Source: Octopus bimaculoides
Lineage: Eukaryota
DNA length: 64,000 nucleotides
Direction: 5' to 3'
Assembly (NCBI RefSeq): GCF_001194135.2
Contig: NC_068993.1
Span: 60,469,809 to 60,533,808, forward strand
The notes under the pieces are model-generated. The model did no database searches. It was not told the DNA's origin and saw only the letters and a list, made by a program, of their open reading frames with translations. Below are positions 23,982 to 36,667 of the stretch, in pieces (within the stretch, counting starts at the first letter, position 1; every line of letters begins with the position of its first letter). A program made the translations under genes and the position numbers.

Positions 23982-24364
23982 TGGAGGCACAATGGCCCAG
24001 TGGTTAGGGCAGCAGACTCGCGGTCATAGGATTGTGGTTTTGATTCCCAGACCAGGCGTTGTGAGTGTTTATTGAGTGAAAACACCTAAAGCTCCATGAG
24101 GCTCCAGCAGGGGATGGTGGAGAACCCTGCTGTACTCTTCCACCACAACTTTCTCTCCCTCTTACTTCCTGTTCTGTTGTGCCTGTAATTCAAAGGGTCA
24201 GCCTTGTCACACTGTGTCACGCTGAATATCCCCGAGAACTACGTTAAGGGTACATGTGTCTGTGGAGTGCTCAGCCACTTGCAATTTAATTTCACGAGCA
24301 GGCTGTTCCGTTGACCGGATCAACTGGAACACTTGACGTCGTAAGTGACGGAGTGCCAACAACA
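23982..24364 (+). mobile_element. Full-length tRNA-derived SINE family D with 12-bp TSD
   Basis: A box TGGCCCAGTGG, B-like GTTTTGATTCC, (CAA)n tail; TSD ACATTTCTCAGA at 23970-23981 and 24365-24376. Confidence 0.88.
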
Positions 24365-24869
24365 ACATTTCTCAGAGTAATCTAAAGAGCTAAAAGTCAA
24401 CTCCTGCAAAAAATGTAAATAATGTAAATAATGAAAACTAGAGGTATTTTTAGTCTACTGCTTCTGTGGTCAGCATTTGAAAGTGTTTGTACTTCTATTT
24501 TAACCAGCAGTAACTATGATAGCCGTTAGTAAATACTAAAGCTATTAGTAACGATAGCCACATCAATTACTACTATAACTCTCTGAAGCTACCAAAGTCA
24601 CCAATAGTCACTCTTTTAGCTGTCAATATCTGAAAGAAATTATGTTGATGTGTACTTAAGTGTCTAAACATATTTCTATTGCGTTCAGTTTTCACAAATA
24701 ATCACTAAGTCACTCACCGTGTAACATATTGAATAGATTGTGGATAAAATTAAAATATAAAATTAAAAATAGACTTACAAAAAAAAAAAATGAGCAAATT
24801 TTAAAAAGCAAATTATTTTTTGTGTGTTTGTGATATCAACATTGAATAGAAGATATGTGTGTGTGTGTG

Positions 24870-24902
<33 letters not shown>

Positions 24903-25432
24903 ATTGGAATTCCTTGCTTCAGTAAATTTTTGAGATAAATACGCAAGAATTGAAGCAAGTAATAGATCATCAAGCCCTGATGCTTGGATGCCTTTGCAAG
25001 AATCTNNNNNNNNNNNNNNNNNNNNNNNNNNNNNNNNNNNNNNNNNNNNNNNNNNNNNNNNNNNNNNNNNNNNNNNNNNNNNNNNNNNNNNNNNNNNNNN
25101 NNNNNNNNNNNNNNNNNNNNNNNNNNNNNNNNNNNNNNNNNNNNNNNNNNNNNNNNNNNNNNNNNNNNNNNNNNNNNNNNNNNNNNNNNNNNNNNNNNNN
25201 NNNNNNNNNNNNNNNNNNNNNNNNNNNNNNNNNNNNNNNNNNGAAGGCTCGAGGAATGGTTATGGATGTACTTTCCTGCCTCTTACTAAATCATGTAAAC
25301 AATTTTAAAAATACCAACCAACATCCCAAACACTGTAGAATACAAATATTTGGGAAAATTAGAATAATGGAAAACAATATTGGAATGGAAATAAAAGACT
25401 GCAAACCCTACAAGAAGAGTTAGTTGAGAAGA

Positions 25433-25595
25433 AGTAGGTAAGGCCATGTGGTAAGAAGCTTGCTTCCCAACCACATGGTTCAGGGTTCAGTTCCACTGTA
25501 TGGCTACTGGGGCAAGTGTCTTCTATTATAGCCCCAGGCCAACCAAAGCCTTGTGAGTGGATTTGTTAGACGGAAGCTGAAAGAAGCCTGTTGTT
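25433..25595 (+). mobile_element. SINE family A 5' half
   Basis: TGTGGTAAGAAGCTTGCTTCCCAACCACATGGTTCAGGGTTCAG..GGGCAAGTGTCTTCT. Confidence 0.85.
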
Positions 25596-26369
25596 TATGT
25601 ATGTGCATGCATGTGTGTGTGTGTGTGTGTGTTACTATTTTCTTACATTCACATCATGTGTAAATAATATCAGGTCTACTAAAACAATAACAACAAAAAT
25701 AAGAGTAAATACGGTGTGTGTGAGCATTGGGGGTGAAATGGATTATCTGTTAGTTGTAACATTTGGTTATCTCACAGTTTGAGAGAGATTCAGCTGCTAT
25801 TTCTAGCAGGTGGAGCAACCATGTAAAGGCTTCTTTGTTAACACATAGCAATATTATCGTTTTTCAAAGAGGGTGGGGGGGGGTACCAACTGAAACGGTT
25901 ACTCGTCTGTTACTTGATGGAAAGGAAACTTTGTAGGAATCTAAGTTGACACATTAATAGCAATAAATCGATCAATCAATCAATCAATTAATCAGCCTGA
26001 ACTTCAGTCAATACATATTTAAACAAAATGTAGGGTTATAGGAGAGATAGATGCAAAGACACAAGCCAGTGATCACTCTGCTGGATGTCCAATATCCTAT
26101 TGATCGGTCATCTATTGATAGTCATTTCTATTGTGTAGTGGGAACAAGTCTACTTCACTAATTTACTATTAAAGATGGTGGATTAGCAAAGTCATTAGAG
26201 CATCAAATAGAATAACTTGCAATATTCGTTTGGGGTTGATAAAAATAGTAACCAGTCCAGGGTAGCAGATTGGTAGAATTGCAAAAGCATCTGATGTAGT
26301 GCCTTACCATTTCTGTTCTCATTCTAAATGTTCTGATAGTAATACCAACCATAATCGAAATCGAAATTG

Positions 26370-26635
26370 AACCATACTCGATGACTGGCACCTGCGCCAG
26401 TGGAGCACTAACAGCACTGTTGAGCATGTTCATTGCCAGAGCAGCTGTCTGGCTTCCGTGCTAGCTGCCCGTAAATAGCACCATTTGAGCGTAATGGTTA
26501 CCAGTGTTGCCTTCTAGTACTTGTGCTGGTGGCATTTGAGTGAGGTCGTTGCCAGTGCCGCTGGACTGGCTCCCATGCAGGTGGCATGTAAAAAACACCT
26601 TTTTGAGCGAGGCCATTGGCGCCACCATTGCTACC
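26370..26635 (+). mobile_element. RTE 3' UTR subrepeat region
   Basis: GCCAGTGCCGCTGGACTGGCTCC..GGTGGCATGTAAAAAACACC units as in 2780-2897 (reverse). Confidence 0.7.
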
Positions 26636-26936
26636 ATATTTGTTTGTTAAAATAATATAAGGACATTTCTTATTCACTCACTAATCGTATTAATAGTTTG
26701 CAGTATCTATTTTTAGCAATAAACTCTTACCATAAAGGTTGATTAAATATTTAATGGCTTAATTACACCCAACTGATTCCAGAATTTATATATTGACATA
26801 GGATCAGGGGTAGAAACGGGAGCAGAACTAAAACAGGAACTGAACAGGGAACAGGATAGAACATGAAACAGTGTGAGGGGAACAGGAACTAGAAATAACC
26901 CCCGCTTTTCCAAGTATTACTGGGTAATTCAGCTAG

Positions 26937-26972
<36 letters not shown>

Positions 26973-26984
26973 CATGTGTGTGCA

Positions 26985-27017
<33 letters not shown>

Positions 27018-27359
27018 NNNNNNNNNNNNNNNNNNNNNNNNNNNNNNNNNNNNNNNNNNNNNNNNNNNNNNNNNNNNNNNNNNNNNNNNNNNNNNNNNNN
27101 NNNNNNNNNNNNNNNNNNNNNNNNNNNNNNNNNNNNNNNNNNNNNNNNNNNNNNNNNNNNNNNNNNNNNNNNNNNNNNNNNNNNNNNNNNNNNNNNNNNN
27201 NNNNNNNNNNNNNNNNNNNNNNNNNNNNNNNNNNNNNNNNNNNNNNNNNNNNNNNNNNNNNNNNNNNNNNNNNNNNNNNNNNNNNNNNNNNNNNNNNNNN
27301 NNNNNNNNNNNNNTATATATATATATATTATATATATATGTATATCTATGCGTGTGTGT

Positions 27360-27575
27360 CTCTTTGTGTCTGTGTTTGTCCCCCACCAGTGCTTGACAAC
27401 TGGTGTTGGTGTGTTTATGTCCCCATTACTTAATGGTTCAGCCAAAGAGACTGATTGAATAAGCACCAGGTTTAGATAAAAAAAGAGCAGTTGGGTTGAT
27501 TCATTTGACTAAAAATTCTTCAAGGTGGTGCCCCAGCATGGCCACAGTCGAATGAATGAAACAAGTAAAAGGTAA
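27360..27575 (+). mobile_element. SINE family A 3' half
   Basis: GCTTGACAACTGGTGTTGGTGTGTTTATGTCCCC...CCAGCATGGCCACAGTC...GAAACAAGTAAAAG. Confidence 0.85.
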
Positions 27576-28129
27576 AAACTAACAACGAATGATTCCTATT
27601 TTGAACCATTCTGCAGACGGATTATTTTAGAATCCGGTCTGTAAAACAATATTTCATGCAGTTCATTACTTGCCCACAGTTAATTATGATTAATTACAAG
27701 AGGAATAAATGGAACAGACAAAGAAACGACAACAACATCAACAACAACACCACCAAAATACAGACACAGATTAGTAACTCGTCTCCACACACACTGGTAT
27801 GATGCATACATGCATATGCTGCTTGGTGCACAAATATATGCACATACATACATACACACACACACATACACATAGCTACACGTGCAGAGAAGTACAAAAA
27901 TAGTCAAACATACAAAAACAACAAACACAATTCAAAGAATACAAATGGTTCCATCTTCTTTGATAGAACACCAAACCATCACCACTGCCTTTTCTACAAC
28001 CACCATTCCTATCACTGCCAAAACCATAAATGCTGCCTCACACACACACACACACACACACATTAAATAATGAACTCATTACATCAGGCAATTTATATTA
28101 TTATAAATGACTTTCTTTTGTAGTCTATC

Positions 28130-28303
28130 TTTGACTTCTTTCACTCATTAGACTGTGGCCATGCTGGGGCACAACCTTCAGGAATTTTTAAACCTGGTCT
28201 CTTTTTGCCAAACTGCTAAGTTATGGAGACATAAACACACCAACATTGGTTATCAAGCAGTGGTTGGGGACAAACAGACATAAAGACGTGTATGCGTGCA
28301 CAT

Positions 28304-28336
<33 letters not shown>

Positions 28337-28480
28337 TACACATACGCATATAATGGGCTTCTTTCAGTTTCTATCTACCATATGCTGAGGCTATATTAGA
28401 AGGTGCCACACAGAAGGACTGAACCCAGAGTCATTCGGTTGGGAAGCAAACTTCTTACCACAAAGCCACACCTGTGCCTA
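28130..28480 (-). mobile_element. SINE family A with internal deletions and (CA)n
   Basis: Both ends recognisable (ACTGTGGCCATGCTGGGGCAC; CTTCTTACCACAAAGCCACACCTGTGCCT). Confidence 0.8.
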
Positions 28481-28554
28481 TTGAATGACTGACTGTCTTA
28501 CAAAATTATTATTTCATTTCAACCTACATATATATACAATCATAAACCTACTAT

Positions 28555-29470
28555 ATACACCAGGTATGTGAATGACATATTGATTGTAATGGCCATACAA
28601 GAAGGCATTGAGAAGTAAAAGAAGAACCCGACAACAACCAGCCCTCAACTGAAATTCAAAAATCTCAAACAATACAGGTAACATTTCTAGAACCACAATA
28701 ACTATATTTCTAGACATAAACATTCAGGTAGAAAATAACAGGTGCACCATATCTGTTTACACCAAAGACACAAAGAAATTCATATATTTACATGAAGACA
28801 GTGAATGGCTGCATTGATATAAAATACCAGCAGTAAAATGTAAAATCCATATTCGAAGAGAATTGAGGTTCTCTTCTACAGAGAAGCACCAAATAAAGTA
28901 ATGCACGGAATAAATAAACAGTTATCAACAAGAGGTATTCTTCTAACAAAAACTGAGAGATCAAGTCATAGAAAAATACATTGTATTGAATGCATTAGAT
29001 GTTGCACCTATTAAAAATATGCAATCAACACATTAAGAGTGTGATATGAATCAAATGGTTACTAACGATAAAATAGTGGAACACATCATCCAAACCTCGT
29101 TAACAGAATACAAACTGGATTACACCAAATGATGAATTAAAATGCATAATAGACAAAAATTAACCAAAACCCTCCTTATCAGTAACATCCCACGAGCAAG
29201 TAAATCCATGAACAAACTGCTGATAGACAATATGATTTATGAAGTTGATTGTAAACATCAAAGTTGTAAATGTATAACTACTGCATTATTAATACAAATA
29301 TGACCCACACCTGTTATTTGTAACGGTGGGGGTGGCTATTGCAGTGTAAGGCATTGTGCAACACAAAACCAAACGAGATAGGAAAACATTAGCAGACAAC
29401 ACATCGATGCTCAACAGAATCCTTCACAAAAATGGATAATCAATTACAGAAGAAATGCTGGTAATATGGC
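28555..29470 (+). mobile_element. Penelope-like retroelement relic (RT C-terminal half, putative GIY-YIG start)
   Basis: RYVNDILIV (cf. RYVDD catalytic motif), SPQLKF and FLDINIQVENNRCTISVYTKDT..YLHEDS (cf. FLD..I....TSVYRKPT..YLH..S); weaker NMIYEVDC downstream; many stops and frameshifts. Confidence 0.75.
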
Positions 29471-29504
29471 ACCATGTTATGGTAAATACTGACAGAGTAT
29501 ACAC

Positions 29505-29690
29505 CATCATCATTTTAATGTCCTCTTTTCCATGCTGGCATGGGTCAGACAGAGTTTTATTGAGGCAGATATTTTCTCTGGTTGGATTCCCATCCTGTTG
29601 CTAACCCTCAACTGTTTCCAGGCAAGGTAATATTTCCCTCTGACCAGACATGCTTTGCATGGAAGAATGGAATGAATGATAAAAACTGCA
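29505..29690 (-). mobile_element. RTE-type 3' tail variant
   Basis: CATCATCATTTTAATGTCC..TTCCATGCTGGCATGGGTCAGAC; similar to 925-1100. Confidence 0.7.
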
Positions 29691-30332
29691 TATACATACA
29701 TGCANNNNNNNNNNNNNNNNNNNNNNNNNNNNNNNNNNNNNNNNNNNNNNNNNNNNNNNNNNNNNNNNNNNNNNNNNNNNNNNNNNNNNNNNNNNNNNNN
29801 NNNNNNNNNNNNNNNNNNNNNNNNNNNNNNNNNNNNNNNNNNNNNNNNNNNNNNNNNNNNNNNNNNNNNNNNNNNNNNNNNNNNNNNNNNNNNNNNNNNN
29901 NNNNNNNNNNNNNNNNNNNNNNNNNNNNNNNNNNNNNNNNNNNNNNNNNNNNNNNNNNNNNNNNNNNNNNNNNNNNNNNNNNNNNNNNNNNNNNNNNNNN
30001 NNNNNNNNNNNNNNNNNNNNNNNNNNNNNNNNNNNNNNNNNNNNNNNNNNNNNNNNNNNNNNNNNNNNNNNNNNNNNNNNNNNNNNNNNNNNNNNNNNNN
30101 NNNNNNNNNNNNNNNNNNNNNNNNNNNNNNNNNNNNNNNNNNNNNNNNNNNNNNNNNNNNNNNNNNNNNNNNNNNNNNNNNNNNNNNNNNNNNNNNNNNN
30201 NNNNNNNNNNNNNNNNNNNNNNNNNNNNNNNNNNNNNNNNNNNNNNNNNNNNNNNNNNNNNNNNNNNNNNNNNNNNNNNNNNNNNNNNNNNNNNNNNNNN
30301 NNNNNNNNNNNNNNNNNNNNNNNNNNNNNNNN

Positions 30333-30380
<48 letters not shown>

Positions 30381-31344
30381 TGCATATATACACACACATT
30401 TATATATATACACATACATATATATGTATGTATTATGCATGTATATATGTATGTACGTATGTGTGTGTTTTGTGTGTGTGTGTGCATGTGTGTGTGTATT
30501 TAGGTGTATACATTTATGTGTTTTTCTATGTGCATGTATGTATATATGTATATGTATATATATGTATGTACGTGTGTGTATATGGCTGTGTCTGTGCATG
30601 TGTGTGTGTTTAGGTGTATGCATGTATGTGTTGTTTTATGTGCATGTATGCATGTGTGTGTGTGGATCTGTAAAAGGTATGTGTGTGTGTGTGTGCATCT
30701 GTCTATTATTATGTGTGTGTATATGCAAGCGTCTCCGCATCTTGTTTTTCTAGTTGATAAATGAAATATAGGTTTGCTTGGTTTCCTAATTTTGATTTCT
30801 CAGTTGTTTAGTTTTTATTCCTGTGATACACATATACATACACACTCCCACACACACATTCCCACACATGACATACACACACACACACACCTATACCTAT
30901 ATAATTTAAGACCTATTATTACGACGGTTTTAACCTCGTGTTTTCCAAGTGTAAAATATNNNNNNNNNNATTACGACGGTTTTAACCTCGTGTTTTCCAA
31001 GTGTAAAATATATTTCACACTTAAAAAAAAAATCTAAGAAAAAAAAAAATTGATCATAATGGTAAGTCTTAAATCAGAACTATAAAACCTCTACATTTGT
31101 AGCCTGTATTGAGTACATAATTTACAGGAAGTTTCGTTTGATTGAAAAAAAGAAAAAGAAAAAGTATGTATAGGTGCAGCCATAGGTGTGTGTGGTTAAG
31201 TGGTTTGTTTCCAAACTATGCGGTTTAAGGTTCATTCCCAAGATATGGACACTGGTCTCTTTTGTTAAGTCTGTGATATAACCAGTGTTTTGGGAATGAA
31301 ATTTGGCATAAAGAACCTGAAAAAGCCCATCATATTTATTCTCT

Positions 31345-31519
31345 TATTCTTTTATTTCTTTCAGTCTTTAGACTGTGGCCATGCTGGGGCACCGCCTTGA
31401 TGGTTTTACTCGAACTAATCAACCCATGATTTAATATTCTTTTCAAGCATGGTACTTGCTCTACCAATCTCTCTTTGCCAAACTACAAAGTTATGGGGAT
31501 GTAAGCAAACCGACAGTGG

Positions 31520-31520
<1 letters not shown>
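31345..31520 (-). mobile_element. SINE family A 3' half
   Basis: GACTGTGGCCATGCTGGGGCACCGCCTT..CTCTTTGCCAAAC..AAGTTATGGGGA. Confidence 0.8.
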
Positions 31521-31596
<76 letters not shown>

Positions 31597-32929
31597 TATA
31601 CACACACACATATTTTTATGCATATTCTTTTAGATGGCTGATGAGACATGTTGAAACACAGTGTCCCAGAATGCCTTGCACCAATGAGCTGAGAGTGTTG
31701 AAAACAATGTCATCATAAAATAGAGGCGTCCTTCCATGACCAACACTACAGCATCCAACATTTTTTTGTCTACAAGTATTAAGAATAATAAGCAACTAAC
31801 TGTTTTTCTTTTATCCATCTCCATTTCAGCTTAAAGGACAAGTCCATGCTGGGGCACAGGCATTTTCTTCAACTCTCCAATGACCATTCTTAGGTGGTTG
31901 GCTTTTGATGAATAAGGAAATTTGATATTGCTCTCCTCATTTGAGTCCCTTGCCACACACATACACACACACAGCCGGATTAAGACCCATCGAATACTTA
32001 AGCACTTAAAAGATTTTGGTGTCCCTATCAAAGATTACGTAATTCAAAATATAAACAATAACAAACCATAAAATAAATTCTTATTTTTCAGAACAAAACA
32101 AAACAGTAAAAGGGAAAATAAGGTTTATTTTTGTATAATTCCATTTTATTTATATTTGAAAAGTTACCTCCTACTTTTTAGAATTGCAAAGTCTTTGATC
32201 AGATCCTCAAAATTAATCTTAGGTTAACATAATTACATCTATATTTAGTAGAGATAAAGGTATCCCAAATATTATTTCAGCAAGTTTAATGTGATTTCTT
32301 TTGTGCTGTAAACCATTTACCATTTTTGTGGTGGCCCCCCTTCCCTTGGTGCCCTAAGCACATGCCTATTTTGCTTAATCTTTATTCTAGTGCTGCACAT
32401 GCACACACAAACACACACACACACATACACACACACATACACACATAATATTTTTGTGTGTGTGTGTGTTAAGTGACTGCACTAAACGTACTGTGAAAGA
32501 GAATGCCAAACTTCCCCCCTTTGTGCAAAAAAGCTGTCATTGAGTGAATGAGCATCTCAGTGACTTAGCGGGTGTGTTAGTGAGGCTAAGCCATGGTGAC
32601 GATGGCAGTGGTAGTGGCGGCAGCGGCGGTGGTGATGGTGGTGGTGGTGGTAGTGTCTCCCTACGTTCCCCTGTGGTGTCAGTGGGAGGTAACCACAGAA
32701 GGACAGTTAGCAAAGAACATTGGTATATGGCAGCGAGTGGTGGGGGGGATTGCATTATTAAAGATTGCCTGCTGGCATTGACGGAAAATATTGGTATCTG
32801 TCAAAATACAAGACTCAAGTGAACAATGCCAACTAAAACAAGCAATGAAGAAATGTTCCTTGACATCTCACCAAAAATAATGACAGTTTTTTCAGGCAGG
32901 TAAGTTTTGATAGCTTGATTGAAGATGGA

Positions 32930-33030
32930 AGTCAATGCTAGATTTATGTGTGTCTGTATGTATGTATGCATGTATGTATGTGTATGTATGTGTGTATGCA
33001 TGTATGTATGTATGTGTGTATGTATGATAG

Positions 33031-33070
<40 letters not shown>

Positions 33071-33422
33071 TCTATTGCGTTTTTGTTCCATATATACATA
33101 TATATATATATACATACACACACACACACATATATATATATACGTATATATATATATAAATACATATATATATGTATCCATATATATGTCTATGTCTATA
33201 TATATATATATATATATATGTATATACATACATATATATATAAAGCCATTCGCACCAAAAGCATATATATATATATATATATATATATCTACACATACAT
33301 ACATACATACATATATATATATATATAAATATACATACATACATATATGTGTGTGTGGGCATGTAATATATATATGCATATCTATAAATGTATACATATA
33401 TATGCATATGTAAGTATATATG

Positions 33423-33466
<44 letters not shown>
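32930..33466. repeat. (TATG)n/(TA)n/(CA)n compound microsatellite
   Basis: Direct reading. Confidence 0.95.
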
Positions 33467-34274
33467 NNNNNNNNNNNNNNNNNNNNNNNNNNNNNNNNNN
33501 NNNNNNNNNNNNNNNNNNNNNNNNNNNNNNNNNNNNNNNNNNNNNNNNNNNNNNNNNNNNNNNNNNNNNNNNNNNNNNNNNNNNNNNNNNNNNNNNNNNN
33601 NNNNNNNNNNNNNNNNNNNNNNNNNNNNNNNNNNNNNNNNNNNNNNNNNNNNNNNNNNNNNNNNNNNNNNNNNNNNNNNNNNNNNNNNNNNNNNNNNNNN
33701 NNNNNNNNNNNNNNNNNNNNNNNNNNNNNNNNNNNNNNNNNNNNNNNNNNNNNNNNNNNNNNNNNNNNNNNNNNNNNNNNNNNNNNNNNNNNNNNNNNNN
33801 NNNNNNNNNNNNNNNNNNNNNNNNNNNNNNNNNNNNNNNNNNNNNNNNNNNNNNNNNNNNNNNNNNNNNNNNNNNNNNNNNNNNNNNNNNNNNNNNNNNN
33901 NNNNNNNNNNNNNNNNNNNNNNNNNNNNNNNNNNNNNNNNNNNNNNNNNNNNNNNNNNNNNNNNNNNNNNNNNNNNNNNNNNNNNNNNNNNNNNNNNNNN
34001 NNNNNNNNNNNNNNNNNNNNNNNNNNNNNNNNNNNNNNNNNNNNNNNNNNCAATCACAGAAATATTGTTTCAAAAATTCCATTTTTCTTATCAGTAAAAA
34101 TATGGCTGCAGAAGCGAATGAAAATAATTGAAAGAGTTTATGAAAGAATATCTCAAAATATTGATGAAATTTTTCCCCCTTTTTTATAGATAAGAATAAA
34201 ATAGGCATTTAATGTTCCTTGTGTATATTTATTCTTAATAATTTTAAAAATAAAGGAGTGAGAGAGAGAGAGAG

Positions 34275-34314
<40 letters not shown>

Positions 34315-34660
34315 AGAGAGAGAGGATGAGAGAGAGAGAGAACAGTACAGAACACTTCCAACGAAAGTTCTCCCTTGCAAAGAATAACCAATGAGAGATA
34401 ACTGCATGTATATGCGTGTACGTGTGTTGATATATAGATGTACATATACATGTGTCTGCGTGTGTGTGTCTGTCTATCTATCTATCTATCTATCTCTCCT
34501 TCTACACACACATACATATATATATATGTATATATACACATACATACATATATATATATACACACATACATATATATATATATACACATATATATATATA
34601 TTATATATATATATACATATATATATATATGCTTACATACATATATATATATATGCACAT

Positions 34661-34691
<31 letters not shown>

Positions 34692-35554
34692 NNNNNNNNN
34701 NNNNNNNNNNNNNNNNNNNNNNNNNNNNNNNNNNNNNNNNNNNNNNNNNNNNNNNNNNNNNNNNNNNNNNNNNNNNNNNNNNNNNNNNNNNNNNNNNNNN
34801 NNNNNNATATATATATATATACATATAATTTCCTGATAGGGACATTGTATTTCATTTAGCAACCATTATATACTACCAAGTAATATATTATCTTTTTGTG
34901 TAGGCAATGTGATTTAATCACCTTAAGTTATCTCTGCAGTTATTCGACAGAATTTAGAGCCAGCATTGAAACTGACGATGTCTTATTTATGGATATGTCT
35001 ATGTAAACCACACAACTGAAGATAGAAAAATAGGTAATGGGTGTACATACATATTTCAGGACTTATTGCTTCTTCCTCAGTACCAGATATGCACATACCT
35101 CCATTGCCTATTTTTCTATCTTCCATTACATCTTTTACATTGATGCTTCTTGAATATGAAACATTATAACGCTCACTTGAATTGCTAGAAATATCAACCA
35201 AATCTTCATCAGATCGTGGTGGTGGTGGTGGTGGTGGTGGTGATGAGGATGCTATGTCAAGGGTGCTTGGTTTCAAGTTTTCTTTCAAAGAATCGACAGG
35301 CTACTATCTCACAAACATCGCCATCACTCTCACTACCAACATATTACCATTGCTACAACTACTACAACCATTAATATATTCTTCAGTCACCCCTCCAAAT
35401 ACCATTACCCATTACCTCTGCAACAAGACCCCCTGCTTCCGTCCCCGTATTCATTCTCTAACTTCTCATCACCTGAAATAAAACCGCCCCCTTCTACACT
35501 ACACTCCCCACTCGGTCAAGGGGTTTTATTCTTGAGTTACTCAATGACCTCACT

Positions 35555-35720
35555 GGTACTGGGGGGGGGCATATAAAAAGCAACCAGTATTGTATGTATG
35601 TAAAATGGTAGGCGTCAGGAAGAGCATCCATTCGTAGAAACCATGCTAAAGCAGACATTGGAGGCTTGGCACAGTTTTCTAACTCACCAGATCCTGCTAA
35701 AAACCATCCAACCAACGCAT
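35555..35720 (+). mobile_element. Diverged RTE 3' tail
   Basis: GGCGTCAGGAAGAGCATCC..GTAGAAACCATGC..AAACCATCCAACC. Confidence 0.6.
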
Positions 35721-35979
35721 CTCGTTCTGATGTTCTACAGCGAGGAAAATATTTGAAGGAAAGAAAGGAAAAAAAAAAACCTGAAAGAGATTTGAACAAG
35801 ATAAATGTTTTGCCGTGAATGAAGTATTTTCATCATTGACTTACTAAAGCCACCTCCACCTCCATCACCGCTTCCATCGCCGCCGCCGCCACCACGAATG
35901 CATCGGTTTGGGTTTGATGATGTCTGTAGCCAGAGACCTTCATTCCATGCTTCTTTTGTTTTTACACTTTTCCATAATT

Positions 35980-36021
<42 letters not shown>

Positions 36022-36529
36022 TCTCCTTGACTGTCTTTCTCTTTTGATTTATGTGTGTGAGTGTTTATGGATGAGAGGTAATCTGTGTGTGTTCGTGCAT
36101 GTATGTGTGCATGTGTGTGTGCATGTATGTCTGTCTGTATGTATGTATGTATGTGCATGTGTGCGTGCGTGCATGTGTGCGTGCGTGCATGTATGTTTGT
36201 ATGTGCATGTATGTATGTATGCGTATATGCATGTATGTGTATGTGTGTGCGTGTGTGTGTATGTATGTATGCATGTATGTGTGTGTGTACGTGTGTGTGT
36301 GTGTGTGTGTATACTCTCAAAGACGAACACACACACGAAGCACACACACAGACACGTCTGTGTGTGTATAAAAATTTTGCTGACTCTGCGTACCTGTCTG
36401 TCTGTTTGTCTATGTGCATGCTTCTGTATGTCACTCTGTGTGTGTGCGTGTGTAGGTGAGAGTGTGTTTGCGCATGCGTGTGAAACGTGCTTTGTTGTAT
36501 GAGGTGGATGCTGATGGATTCTGTTTTGT

Positions 36530-36627
36530 TTGTGTGTCTCATCCCCGTCCCCGTCGCCATCGTCATTGTTATCATCGTCTCCGAGCATAACAACACCATC
36601 CCTCGTTATCTTCAAAGTAAAAACAGC

Positions 36628-36667
<40 letters not shown>

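Larger units (their letters stand above)
23668..24395. mobile_element. piggyBac-like MITE interrupted by a SINE
   Basis: Starts CCCTTTAGCATT, homologous to 15842-16057, resumes after the SINE with TAATCTAAAGAGCTAA (degenerate right end). Confidence 0.6.

Noticed and set aside
32826-32905. First coding exon [17 protein letters not shown].. with CAG|GTAAGT
   Set aside because: Perfect donor but no compatible downstream exon or homology
34983-35288. 101-aa minus ORF and a signal-peptide-like frame (MKIWLIFLAIQVSV..)
   Set aside because: Partly (GGT)n-derived; the second frame stops after 24 codons; no family recognised
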